DNA of 64,000 nt from Bigelowiella natans CCMP2755 (Eukaryota > Protista > Cercozoa), in the NCBI GenBank assembly GCA_000320545.1, contig ADNK01001243.1, positions 1 through 64,000 on the forward strand, given 5' to 3'. Shown here piece after piece: positions 41,296-51,649 of this stretch; within the stretch, counting starts at the first letter, position 1; the number at the start of each line of letters is the position of its first letter. The position numbers and the translations under genes were made by a program. The notes under the pieces were generated by a model. That model had not been told where the DNA came from. It saw nothing but the letters and a program-made list of their open reading frames with translations, and made no database searches.

Positions 41296-43298
41296 CTATT
41301 TTTTCGAGCTTATGGCGACCATTTCCGCCCCCAGCCCTCGCTTCAATTCCGTGCTCAATATGTACAAATTCCTCAAGTCTCTATTGAACACCTGGACCCG
41401 TCGCTCAATGCAATCATGTTTGATGAAGGTTTTGATTTCATCATCGTTTGTCAAGCCATAGGGAGTGTCCCCATTTCTATTTTCAGCCTCAATGTTTGCT
41501 TTCATGTTGACCAGGTACTTTACGATCCTAAAATTACCGTTTGTGCAAGCCGCGATCAACGGGGTACAACCTAATGCATTGTTATGTAATCATTTCATAT
41601 TAACATCTTCCACAGCTGCTGCCTAAATGCTAGCATTGGTACCCACCGTAGTTGTTTTCAGCCTCAATGTTTGCCTTCATGTCAATCAGGTACTTTACGA
41701 TCTCATAACCATTTTTAGAGCAACCCCAAATCAACGGAGTATCACCTAATGCATTGTTATGTAATCATTTCAAATTATGTAACATCTTCTAGCATTGGTA
41801 CCCACCGTGCTCTTTGTTTTCCCCCTCAATGTTTGCCTTCATGTTAACCAGGGACTTAACGATCTTTAAATCACGCTTCATGCAACCCATGATCAACGGA
41901 GTATGACCTAATGCATCATTATGTAATCATTTCAAATTATGAAACATCTTCTCCAACTGCTGCCTAAGTGCTTGCATTGGTACCTACCGTATTGGCCTAC
42001 CGCCTCAATGTTTGCCTTCATGTCAATAAGATACTTCACGATCCTAGAATCAATCACTTTGATACCGTACATCAACGGAGTATCACCTAATGCATCGTTG
42101 TGTTATCATTTCATATTAACATCTTCCACAACTGGCTGCCTAAATGCTAGCACTGGTACCCACCGTAGCAGTTTTCAGCCTCAATGTTTGCCTTCATGTT
42201 AACCAGGTACTTTACGATCTCAAAATTGCCCATTTGGGTACCCACGAGCAACGGAGTATGATCTAATGCATCGTTATGTAATTAGTTGAAAGTATGTAAC
42301 ATCTTCTACAACTGCTGCCTAAACGCTAGCATTGGTACAAACCGTACTCGCCTTTCGCCTCAATGTTTGCCTTGATGTTAACCAGGTACTTAACGATCTC
42401 AAAATTTTCCATATGGGAACTCTCGATCAACGGAGTATCACCTAATGCATTGTTATGTAATTAGTTGAAAGTATGTAACATCTTCTACAACTGCTGCCTA
42501 AATGCTAGCATTGGTACCCACCTTTCCTGTTTTTCGCCTCAATGTTTGCCTTCATGTTAACCAGGTACTTTACGATCTCAAAATTACCTTCACAGCAACC
42601 CGCGAGCAACGGAGTATAATCTAATGCATCGTTATGTAATCATTTCAAGTTACGTAACATCTTCTCCAACTGCTGCCTAAATGCTAGCATTGGTACCCAC
42701 CGCTGTCGTCTTTCGCCTCAATGTTTGCCTTCATGTTAACCAGGTACTTTACGATCTCAAAATTGCCCATTTGGGTACCCACGAGCAACGGAGTATGATC
42801 TAATGCATCGTTATGTAATTAGTTGAAAGTATGTAACATCTCCTACAACTGCTGCCTAAACGCTAGCATTATTACAAACCGTACTCGCCTTTCGCCTCAA
42901 TGTTTGCCTTGATGTTAACCAGGTACTTTACGATCTCAAAATTACCATTTTGGGTACCCACGAGCAACGGAGTATCACCTAATGCATTGTTATGTAATTA
43001 GTTGAAAGTATGTAACATCTTCTACAACTGCTGCCTAAATGCTAGCATTGGTACCCACCTTTCTTGTTTTTCGCCTCAATGTTTGCCTTCATGGTAACCA
43101 GGGACTTCACGATCTCAAAATTACCTTCACAGCAACCCGCGAACAACGGAGTATGACCTAATGGATTGTTATGTAATCATTTCAAATAATGTAACATCTT
43201 CTCCAACTACTGCCTAAGTGCTAGCATTGGTACCCACCGCTGTCGTCTTTCGCCTCAATGTTTGCCTCCATGTCATCAAGGTACTTCACGATCGCCAT
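41296..43298 (-). CDS. Ankyrin-repeat protein, 11 exons, one repeat per exon (~409 aa spliced)
   Basis: Exons 43238-43298, 43059-43157, 42880-42978, 42701-42799, 42522-42620, 42343-42441, 42164-42262, 41988-42086, 41806-41907, 41647-41745 and 41296-41570 join through phase-1 GT..AG introns into an open frame of (G/D)xTPLxxxxxxxxxxIVKYLVNMKANIEA repeats. True start may lie further upstream. Confidence 0.88.
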
Positions 43299-43500
43299 TT
43301 ACCAAGCTTGAATTCTGGGAAGAATCATTTGGAAATGCATGGTAAATTTTCCCTTGCGTCTGTGATGAAATTATGTCGCAACCTGAAAATTAGCATTTTA
43401 AAATGTTGTTTCTAAAATCTCTTGGGACTCTCTCAAAGGTCAATACAAAATTCACTAAAAAATCGCAAAATCGAATTTCGCATTTCTATTCTTAACTTCT

Positions 43501-46500
43501 TCAAATCCCAAGATGGACAAGGTCCTCAACACTCACCTTATCTTCAAATTCAACATCCTGAGGGGTGTATTCACCAAATGCTGGATATGTTTGTTGGTTA
43601 TTTCTACTAAGATTACACTCCACACAAGTTAATCTACAGTTGTTCCAGAGATGGGGTAGATCATTATCAATTCTATCCACAGAAACATTATCAGCAGTAA
43701 ATCCACATCTACACACAGGACATTGTGGATGATTATTAACAGTTCTTTTTATCCATTCCTCATCAATATATTCTTTATCTTTCCAAGTTCTACCAGCTCT
43801 TTTGTCCTGAGATTTATATGAAGATACTTTCATTCGTAGTTTTTGAGTGATCATACTTTCCTTTAATCTGTAGCATTCTTTATCGCTGTGCTGATATATT
43901 TGTATCTGTGAAAGGTCAGTTGAACGAGTTATAGCAGTCCAGAGCCACTTGCGATTAATTCTACAGGTGTTAGTATCGAATACGGTAATGGGGCCATCTA
44001 CTGATAATCCTTGAAAACTATGACAGGTAGAGGCATATGATAATCTAAAATGCTTACTAATTAATTCTATAGGAATTCTTATTTCTTCCATATCACATAC
44101 ATCCTGTATTACAAATTCTTTTTTACTTACTTTAACAACTTCATAAGCATAGTTCACATATAGTTTTGGTTTCTTATTATATTTTTTACACACAATCTCC
44201 ATACCAGCATAGTAGCAAATACCATCTACATAAACCTTTTTTCTCGGTTTCTTTTGTAGGCTATGGATATGCTTTCCTACTGAACGGGATCTAAAGTTGT
44301 AGAAGGTAATATTGTTGAGAGTTCTAACTTCACTTATACTTTTCACAACTTTAAAATATTTTTTTAGCACATCAAATGGTTTAGTTTTTACATCAAATAT
44401 TTCTTGTTTTAATTGTACAAGAGTATTTCTTTCCTCGTCTGTTTTTACTCTCTTACAGATTTTCAATGTAATTTGATTTGGAAACATGCTATTTAAAGCT
44501 TCAGTTGTTCTAACATCAAGGTCTTTGATGTTATTAAACAGATATTCGTTTTCAATGGGATCCAATTGAGCTAAATCACCAGTAGCAATAAATTTTTTAT
44601 CAGTATGCTTATCCATAAATAACTTAATTTTTGATAGTTGATGTAGTGAATACATATAAACCTCATCAAAGCACATAACATCATATGGTGAAATATCAAA
44701 TTTTCTTATGTATTTACATTCGTTGTTATGAATGTTAAGGCTAAATAATCTATGATAAGTAATAGCATCGTGTCCGCTCTCACGAATATTTTGGCATAAT
44801 TTATTGAACGGTGCTACAAATAGTATTTTCTTTCCTTTGTATTTTTTAACTGAATAACTCTTACCACTACCAGGTAATAAAGCATTCACAAGAGTTCTAT
44901 CATATTTATCAAATACATTTGTGATTTCTTCTGTGTCCCATTCATTTTTTATGTCAATCTTATTAATGTTAATTAATTTAGGTTCTACCAGTTCATTTTC
45001 TTCAGGAATAAAATAATTACCGGCAACTTTAGTCCCTTTTTCTAATTTCACACCACCAATATCTTTATTAAAATCAAAATGAGGTATAATTTTATGAACC
45101 TTATCAGATACAATAATACAATCAGTTTTAATAGCTATAGGATGTAATCCTACTGATACACATTTATCATATAAATTACACATTTTGATACTTACCATAT
45201 CATATATCATATCTTTAATAGGTTTGAAGGTCTCTCTTACAAGTTTTTTAGTTGTTCTTACAAGTAAAAATAAATCATCATTCATAGGATTAATTTCACC
45301 ACCATATAATTTCTTATAATGATTTGCTTCATTCAAATTTTTATAAATTTTACATACTGATTTATGATTGTATTTCTTCTCAAGCATTCCTGTAATTTTA
45401 TTACATATGAATTTGTTAGCATTGATGGTTCCAAGTTCTGTTTCATACAGTTTATCAACTGCTTTACTAAATTTAACAGTAGCAATATTAGAAGGTCTAA
45501 TGTAGTATAGTATATCGTAACTATTTTTATTCATTTGTTTTAATTTAAATCCATATACTCTGTTGCATCTTTTAGGTAATAAGATATTATGAGCTTCACC
45601 TCCATCTAAACTCATCACAACATACATTGCAAGGTCTTCAATAGAATGATCATCATATTTAACATAATTATCAAAATAATGAAAAATAGGAATTTGAGAG
45701 ATTGATTTTAAAGCCCAAGTGTAACATTTATTAACATCAATACCATTTCCAATAGCATCATCACTTAGTCTTCCTACAGCAGGTCCTTTAGAATGTGCTT
45801 CATTCATTCTTAATGCTTCATCATTGAAAATGCTTATGTGTTCTTTCTTAATAATTTTTTGATAGAAGTCATCATCTGCTTTCACAAAATTTTCATAGTT
45901 ATTTTCATTTACATCATAAGTAACAATGTCATTCATGTTGTTGTAATCTGGATGTGAAATAATACAGTACTTATTGCTAATTTTAAATGATAATGACAGC
46001 ATTCTGTTGTGTTGAAAGAAAATTTTAGGTTCGTATTTATGAACATTGATCATTTCAATTAACAATTCTCTCACATCCCCATGATAAAAATATTTGATAT
46101 TTTCATCATTCACTGTTTTAATATGAGATACGATATCATTGAGGTTTTTAATAAATTTGAAACAATTACTTTTTTCTTCATCTATTGATCTAAATTTGTA
46201 TTTGTCATAAACCTGTAATGAACATTCATTGCATTCTACCTCTTTTTTTTTCTGTTCTAGTTCTTTGATTTGGTGATTGAGCAAATAAGCATGATTATTG
46301 TGAATCATAATTCTAAAATTTCGTGGTGATGTGTGCTTGTTGTGTTCATCAGGTGTAAATTTATCAACTAAATTATACATGTCATCGTAAACGGTTAGCC
46401 CTAATTCATATTTCTCAAAAAACTTTTTAATCTCTGCTAATTTGATAGCATCATCCCTTTTTTTTTCTTTTTTTCCTACAATATTACAAAGAGCATTACA

Positions 46501-47322
46501 AGTAAGATTTTTATATCTGGATTTTTCAAATGATTTTTCATATGAGTTCATAATGGCATTAAACATGCAGGAATTTTCTCTGTTGTATTTTTTAGGTTGA
46601 TGGAACAGATCACCAAAAGTTTTAGCATCTTTGTTAATTTCATATTTGAGGTATTTGTAATTCATAGCCACATTGTTATCATCATCTTTCACCACAATTT
46701 GACTGACATCATAATCACTTGATGATTTAGAATCACAAGACCCATCATGAATGATTTTGATGTAATCACTATGTTCAAATGAAGGGTTATTCATTTCCTC
46801 AGCCATGTTTTGGTTTCTCATTGACACTCCACAAATTTGTCTATCAAGTGATTTTGATTTGATTTTAACAAATCTACCAATAGCATTTCTAAATGCTTGA
46901 GTAGTTTTTTTCAAAACCACACCATTAACAGTCATCACATTTGCTAATCTCAGTCCTTTGTGATTGAATTCATTAACAGCATGTTTTCTTTCTTCATCTA
47001 CCCTGCGATGAACAAAAATTGTATAACTTGTATTAGTTCCACCACAAATTGTGCGATGTGTTTTTTTCAGTTGGCTTTCGTTGAGGTTTCTAAAAGAATT
47101 AAGACTGCTATTCACAACTTCAAAAGGTGATCCTTTAACATTTAATTTGTTGCAAGTTCTACCACCAATCTTAACTAATCGGTTGGTGTTAATGTTGCAT
47201 CCATAACCATTTTTCATCTCTTTGTTTTCAATTTTAGTAAAAAGCTTTTGTAAGTTCTTTTTTTGAAGAGAACTAAACTTTCTAAATTTTTTCAAAAAAC
47301 TTTTCATTATGTTATTAGACAC
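43501..47322 (-). CDS. PLV replication protein: family-B polymerase-like domain fused to SF1 (RecD/Pif1-like) helicase and C-terminal HNH-like domain
   Basis: GIDVNKCY (motif A-like), KFICNKITG (motif B-like), IKTDC (motif C-like); helicase motifs PGSGKS, FDEVY, TGDLAQL, TCHSFQG, WTAITR; CPVC...DRIDNDLPHLWNNCRLTCVECN. Confidence 0.85.
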   Translation of the reverse strand: MSNNIMKSFLKKFRKFSSLQKKNLQKLFTKIENKEMKNGYGCNINTNRLVKIGGRTCNKLNVKGSPFEVVNSSLNSFRNLNESQLKKTHRTICGGTNTSYTIFVHRRVDEERKHAVNEFNHKGLRLANVMTVNGVVLKKTTQAFRNAIGRFVKIKSKSLDRQICGVSMRNQNMAEEMNNPSFEHSDYIKIIHDGSCDSKSSSDYDVSQIVVKDDDNNVAMNYKYLKYEINKDAKTFGDLFHQPKKYNRENSCMFNAIMNSYEKSFEKSRYKNLTCNALCNIVGKKEKKRDDAIKLAEIKKFFEKYELGLTVYDDMYNLVDKFTPDEHNKHTSPRNFRIMIHNNHAYLLNHQIKELEQKKKEVECNECSLQVYDKYKFRSIDEEKSNCFKFIKNLNDIVSHIKTVNDENIKYFYHGDVRELLIEMINVHKYEPKIFFQHNRMLSLSFKISNKYCIISHPDYNNMNDIVTYDVNENNYENFVKADDDFYQKIIKKEHISIFNDEALRMNEAHSKGPAVGRLSDDAIGNGIDVNKCYTWALKSISQIPIFHYFDNYVKYDDHSIEDLAMYVVMSLDGGEAHNILLPKRCNRVYGFKLKQMNKNSYDILYYIRPSNIATVKFSKAVDKLYETELGTINANKFICNKITGMLEKKYNHKSVCKIYKNLNEANHYKKLYGGEINPMNDDLFLLVRTTKKLVRETFKPIKDMIYDMVSIKMCNLYDKCVSVGLHPIAIKTDCIIVSDKVHKIIPHFDFNKDIGGVKLEKGTKVAGNYFIPEENELVEPKLININKIDIKNEWDTEEITNVFDKYDRTLVNALLPGSGKSYSVKKYKGKKILFVAPFNKLCQNIRESGHDAITYHRLFSLNIHNNECKYIRKFDISPYDVMCFDEVYMYSLHQLSKIKLFMDKHTDKKFIATGDLAQLDPIENEYLFNNIKDLDVRTTEALNSMFPNQITLKICKRVKTDEERNTLVQLKQEIFDVKTKPFDVLKKYFKVVKSISEVRTLNNITFYNFRSRSVGKHIHSLQKKPRKKVYVDGICYYAGMEIVCKKYNKKPKLYVNYAYEVVKVSKKEFVIQDVCDMEEIRIPIELISKHFRLSYASTCHSFQGLSVDGPITVFDTNTCRINRKWLWTAITRSTDLSQIQIYQHSDKECYRLKESMITQKLRMKVSSYKSQDKRAGRTWKDKEYIDEEWIKRTVNNHPQCPVCRCGFTADNVSVDRIDNDLPHLWNNCRLTCVECNLSRNNQQTYPAFGEYTPQDVEFEDKVSVEDLVHLGI

Positions 47323-47453
47323 ATTGTTATTACAGATTAGATTTCTTTAAGTGAGAATTAAACGAATGAAAATTTAAAAAAAAACTGTAGTTTTTTTGAG
47401 AGTTTTGAAACGAACATAAAATGGTTTAAAAAGAAAAAATCCATAGCATTACA

Positions 47454-47771
47454 ATGAGCGAAAATAATAAAATATTTAAATCCAAAACTTCAGAATATGT
47501 GAAAGAATACTACAAAAAGAACTCTCAAAAATGGCTACGAAAGGTAGAATGTGAAGCCTGTAATTGCATGATTGGATTAGCATCACTATCTCGACACAAA
47601 AGAACTAAAAAACACATGCTTAATAGCAATCCTAATCCATCCGAAGAGCAGAAAAAATTTGTAGATGACAATGAATGTGTCAAGTTCAGAAAATGCAAAT
47701 TAGTCAAATTAGAAGAAAAACTAGATTTTGTCATGAAGAAATTAGAAGAGTTAGGAAACAAAACACAATGA
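47454..47771 (+). CDS. PLV small C2H2 zinc-finger protein
   Basis: CEACNCMIGLASLSRHKRTKKH motif. Confidence 0.7.
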   Translation: MSENNKIFKSKTSEYVKEYYKKNSQKWLRKVECEACNCMIGLASLSRHKRTKKHMLNSNPNPSEEQKKFVDDNECVKFRKCKLVKLEEKLDFVMKKLEELGNKTQ

Positions 47772-47830
47772 ATGTGTTTTCATGATCATCACAATTACTG
47801 TTGTGATTATGAGATGATATTATGAACAAG

Positions 47831-48085
47831 TTAAATGTTGATAGTTTTTGTTTCATGACCATTGTCATGGTTGTTGTGACTGTCAACATCCTTAAATCCA
47901 TCACACCAAGATGGTTTGTCATGTTGTTCTTTTTCTTCAACATCTGGTTTGGCAAGACCAAGTTTAATCAACATGTCTCTATTTTGTCCCTTACAATTAT
48001 CAATGTTCTTCACAAATGCTTCTACAGATTTGTCACTAACTTTAGGTTTTGTTGGAACTTTTTCATCCTCATCAGTGTTACTCAT
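47831..48085 (-). CDS. PLV hypothetical protein
   Basis: 84-aa ORF whose start overlaps the stop of 48082-48351; composition like neighbouring viral genes. Confidence 0.5.
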   Translation of the reverse strand: MSNTDEDEKVPTKPKVSDKSVEAFVKNIDNCKGQNRDMLIKLGLAKPDVEEKEQHDKPSWCDGFKDVDSHNNHDNGHETKTINI

Positions 48086-48351
48086 TGTGACACAACTACA
48101 TGTTTTGTAATAATTTCAAACGAACATTGATCAAATGATACTGTTACACCATCAACTTTTTTAGGAACCTTTGGAATTTCTTTTTTCTTCTTTTCCTCCT
48201 GTTTTATTTTTGGTTTACGAACATCCTCAAAACATTTCTCATTGTGTTTACTCATCTTCTCCTTTTTTTCTTGACACCTTTTCTTTTGGTAAGCAATTAC
48301 TTTGTCTCTGTTCAACTTGCAACATGCCTTTTGCTTTTCTTTGTCAGACAT
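48082..48351 (-). CDS. PLV small basic hypothetical protein
   Basis: Lys-rich ORF with TCTA 14 nt upstream. Confidence 0.6.
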   Translation of the reverse strand: MSDKEKQKACCKLNRDKVIAYQKKRCQEKKEKMSKHNEKCFEDVRKPKIKQEEKKKKEIPKVPKKVDGVTVSFDQCSFEIITKHVVVSQ

Positions 48352-48410
48352 TTGTTGAAATAGTTTAGATTTTTACATCTAAAAAAAAATGATCTCAACT
48401 CAATTGATGC

Positions 48411-49643
48411 ATGAGTAAGTTAAGAGAAACAGAAAAAAGGTTCACACGACAGTGGAACAATTATTTTCCATTGATAGAAGAAAATAAAAATGGAGACAAA
48501 GTTCCAAGTAAAGTCAATGTTAATCATCTTCTTTGGATGATTTACAACAAAGACTCCATTGGAGGTGATAGAAAACTTGTGGTGAGAAAACTCAATACTG
48601 AGGTAATTAATCCAATTACAGGAACAAGATTGCATTTGTCGAACATGGAAAAGTCTTTAATCACACATGCTAATGACAACGGATTTAACATTAGTAATCC
48701 AACAGAAGATTTAAGAACACCACCAAGAGCACAAACACCGCCAAAAATGATGAGAACACCAGCACCACCATCATCTAGAACACCATTGCCAAGAGGACCA
48801 CCACCGCCACCACCAAGAAGACCACTACCAAGAAGACCACTACCAGGAGGACCACCAGTAGGACCAGTATTTGGAGGACCAGCACCAGCACCAGGAAATG
48901 GACAACAACAGATAGCACAAGAAGCAAAACTACCAGCATTAGCAAGATCATCTGGTCGCAATGTTCCAACACAAGCAACACCATCACAAAGATTTAATCA
49001 ACAACCAGGATTTAGTTTGACACCAGTAGTTCCTACAACAGCACCTGCTGGATTTAAATCAACACCAGACGACATGGGTAAGAAAAAATTAACAGATTTA
49101 TCTTTGAAAGAAATAAAAGAATACAATGATTTTCAGAGACCGCTACCTGAAATTTTAGAAAGACAAAATACAATTTGTCAGACCAAGACAAGGCAAGGGT
49201 CAATTCAAGAAGCAAGTCATCCATTTGGAGGTAAATGTGATGTAACTAATGAATCACAAATTAATTGTAACACTAATTCTAAAAACCCATTCATCAAATC
49301 TCAAGCACGATTAAAGGTGAAAGAAATAGATGACACAAGTAAAATTTACAGACCTCAATTACAAGAAGCAATCGATGATGCTAAACCATCTGCTAAATTA
49401 ATAGCAAAGATGGCTAACATGGAAGCACTCAAAGTTGAAGTTCCAGTTGAACCACCATTCAAAGCAAGAGGTTTTGATCCAAAAGAATTACGACCGGTAT
49501 TTAAAATTAATTACACTCACGGTGTCGTGCCTCAATTTGTGAGTGAGAGATGCAAGAAGAAAAAGGCAGAAGTAGCTGATGTTCACACTACTTACATCAA
49601 ATCAAAACAAATGAAAGATGCAAGTGATCTGTTTTTTCAATGA
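48411..49643 (+). CDS. PLV proline-rich hypothetical protein
   Basis: 410-aa intronless ORF with a central poly-Pro/RRPLP region. Confidence 0.75.
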   Translation: MSKLRETEKRFTRQWNNYFPLIEENKNGDKVPSKVNVNHLLWMIYNKDSIGGDRKLVVRKLNTEVINPITGTRLHLSNMEKSLITHANDNGFNISNPTEDLRTPPRAQTPPKMMRTPAPPSSRTPLPRGPPPPPPRRPLPRRPLPGGPPVGPVFGGPAPAPGNGQQQIAQEAKLPALARSSGRNVPTQATPSQRFNQQPGFSLTPVVPTTAPAGFKSTPDDMGKKKLTDLSLKEIKEYNDFQRPLPEILERQNTICQTKTRQGSIQEASHPFGGKCDVTNESQINCNTNSKNPFIKSQARLKVKEIDDTSKIYRPQLQEAIDDAKPSAKLIAKMANMEALKVEVPVEPPFKARGFDPKELRPVFKINYTHGVVPQFVSERCKKKKAEVADVHTTYIKSKQMKDASDLFFQ

Positions 49644-49686
49644 TCATCGTTTTGTTGTAATTATTATTTCTATTACAATTGTGATA

Positions 49687-50427
49687 ATGACTAAAAAAGC
49701 ATGTAAAAAATTAGATGTAAAACCCATATTAAAAAATAAATCTAAACAGATGCACAATGATTACGGCTTGATTCCATCTTTTCCTAACAGATGCTTGTTC
49801 ATAGCTCCTACTGGATCAGGTAAAAGTGTTGTGATAGTAAATTTATTAACTCGTAAAAGATGTTTAAGAAACTTTTTTGATGTTGTTTCATTTTACTCTC
49901 CTAATGTGAATTACGAAGAAGAACACATAGAAACAAAAATAAAAAATGAAAAAGCAGAAATGAAGTTTGAAGAAAAGTTCAAAGAGAAAGAGTTTGGTGC
50001 TATGGTTCACAAATTAATGAAAGAGCAAAAAGAACTAAAAGACAAAAAGAAACCTATGAAAAAAACATTAATAACAATTGATGATTTCGCATCTGATGAA
50101 AAAGTGATGAAGAGCAAAACATTAAAAGATTTGTTCTTTGCTGGTAGAAAATGTGGTACATGTGTTTGGATTACCAGTCAGCATTACAAAATAGTTCAAC
50201 CAGATGTTAGAACTAATGCGGAGCATCTCATCATGTTCAGTAGGCAACCCTCGAGTGAATTGAAAAAGATAGCTGAAGAAATGTCAATAGGTAAATACAC
50301 CAAGAAAAAAATTATAGAAATGTTTGATGAAATGTCTACTACAGATTATTCATTTTTACATTATGATCGTAAGCAACCAATGAATGAAAGATACATGATG
50401 AACTTTGAAAGTTTTATGAACATCTAA
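49687..50427 (+). CDS. A32-like (FtsK/HerA) genome-packaging ATPase
   Basis: Walker A APTGSGKS, Walker B ITIDD, then GRKCGTCVWITSQ and VRTNA motifs; start placed at ATG 49687 (TCTA 14 nt upstream). Confidence 0.92.
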   Translation: MTKKACKKLDVKPILKNKSKQMHNDYGLIPSFPNRCLFIAPTGSGKSVVIVNLLTRKRCLRNFFDVVSFYSPNVNYEEEHIETKIKNEKAEMKFEEKFKEKEFGAMVHKLMKEQKELKDKKKPMKKTLITIDDFASDEKVMKSKTLKDLFFAGRKCGTCVWITSQHYKIVQPDVRTNAEHLIMFSRQPSSELKKIAEEMSIGKYTKKKIIEMFDEMSTTDYSFLHYDRKQPMNERYMMNFESFMNI

Positions 50428-50665
50428 ACATGGTCAACATGGATGAACTTTTACCAGAATTACATTTAAAAAAATCAGGGTCAAATCACAATCATTTGAC
50501 AGTCGTCCAAAAAAAATTAGTAAATCCTTTTTTGTGTTTAAAAAAACCAACTGTAATGCCTGATTCTCGTTTTTTTATGAGAAAAGAACTACCTGTAAGC
50601 ATCAAACGAACATTTAAAAGGTGTCAAATGTCAATTAATTATTGTCTAAATGATGATGATAACAT

Positions 50666-51229
50666 GTGGGAAATGACAATTCTTCACCACCAAAACCAAA
50701 ACCAATTCACTTTCACAAGCCACATTTTCCAAAACCAAAACCAATTCACATTCCAAGAATTCCTACAGAAAAAGCAACTAAGCCTATAGACAAAGGAACA
50801 AAAAAAGGAGCAAATCATGTTAAAAACAAACTAACACATCCCGTTACTACTGCAAATGAAGCTAAACGAGCATCAAACAAATTGGATTCCATGTCTCACG
50901 GTAGTCTTGGTATTGTGTATCAAGGAGCTCAGATGGTGTTTCCAGAATTTGGATTAGCCGTTACATTAGCTACTGTAGCAGATGAAATGGCTCACAATGA
51001 TGGTAAGTCATCTAAAAAAACATTAAAAAACATCTTGTTAAACAAGGCTACAGGAGGTGCTCATGGTGATTATCAAAATCTTAGAACCATTGAAAAATCA
51101 GAGCTTGTGTCTAAAATGGAAAACAAATTCAATGTAGATTTACACGACTTACCAGATGTTGATAGGGCAATTCCAGTTTCAATTAATGGTAAAGTTTCTG
51201 TTGATGATGCTACTAAAAAGTTTGGATAA
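50666..51229 (+). CDS. PLV hypothetical protein with possible N-myristoylation signal (start codon now GTG)
   Basis: (M)GNDNS fits MGxxxS; PKPKPIH repeat; TCTA 17 nt upstream. Confidence 0.65.
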   Translation: MGNDNSSPPKPKPIHFHKPHFPKPKPIHIPRIPTEKATKPIDKGTKKGANHVKNKLTHPVTTANEAKRASNKLDSMSHGSLGIVYQGAQMVFPEFGLAVTLATVADEMAHNDGKSSKKTLKNILLNKATGGAHGDYQNLRTIEKSELVSKMENKFNVDLHDLPDVDRAIPVSINGKVSVDDATKKFG

Positions 51230-51233
51230 ATCA

Positions 51234-51596
51234 TCACTTTTTCTCATCTTCTTTGATTTTAGGAGATGGTAAAAATGTTCCAAGTGTTAGAATGACAACA
51301 TTTAGAAATGCATTTCTTTCAGATGGGTTTCCTACTGTCATAACTTGAATCACACTGAACATCAAAACACTAAATGTTACACCAGATTTTAGGAAAAACT
51401 CTAAAGCCCTTTTGTCAGAAGTTGAACAACAAGACTGGTAAGCATTGATGTATTTTTCATCCTCTAATTCTTTTCTGTGTATGACCTCTTCTATTATTTT
51501 ATCTTTGCATTCTTTAGTGTTACTAATGTTCATAACAGTGTCTTTTTGTTGTTTTTCGTCTACTTTGTGTTCAATCGATTGTGGAATTATCATCAT
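51234..51596 (-). CDS. PLV small protein with two transmembrane segments
   Basis: Two hydrophobic stretches ending LGTFLPSPKI. Confidence 0.65.
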   Translation of the reverse strand: MMIIPQSIEHKVDEKQQKDTVMNISNTKECKDKIIEEVIHRKELEDEKYINAYQSCCSTSDKRALEFFLKSGVTFSVLMFSVIQVMTVGNPSERNAFLNVVILTLGTFLPSPKIKEDEKK

Positions 51597-51649
51597 AAAT
51601 AGTCATGAATGAAATGCCATAATAATTTTTTTCTGTTCTTGTGATGACA

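Noticed and set aside
41570-43240. Repeat-spacer appearance suggesting a CRISPR-like array
   Set aside because: The conserved parts are GT-AG introns and ankyrin scaffold codons, the variable parts are in-frame coding sequence, no cas genes are present and the context is eukaryotic.
40790-43298. Diversity-generating retroelement (RT next to variable repeats)
   Set aside because: The RT piece is a broken LINE fragment, variation is not confined to adenines and no template repeat is visible.
50430-50789. 119-aa ORF after the ATPase
   Set aside because: It overlaps 50666-51229 by 124 nt and its tail is the off-frame reading of that gene's repeat. A shorter real gene with a lost stop is possible but unsupported.
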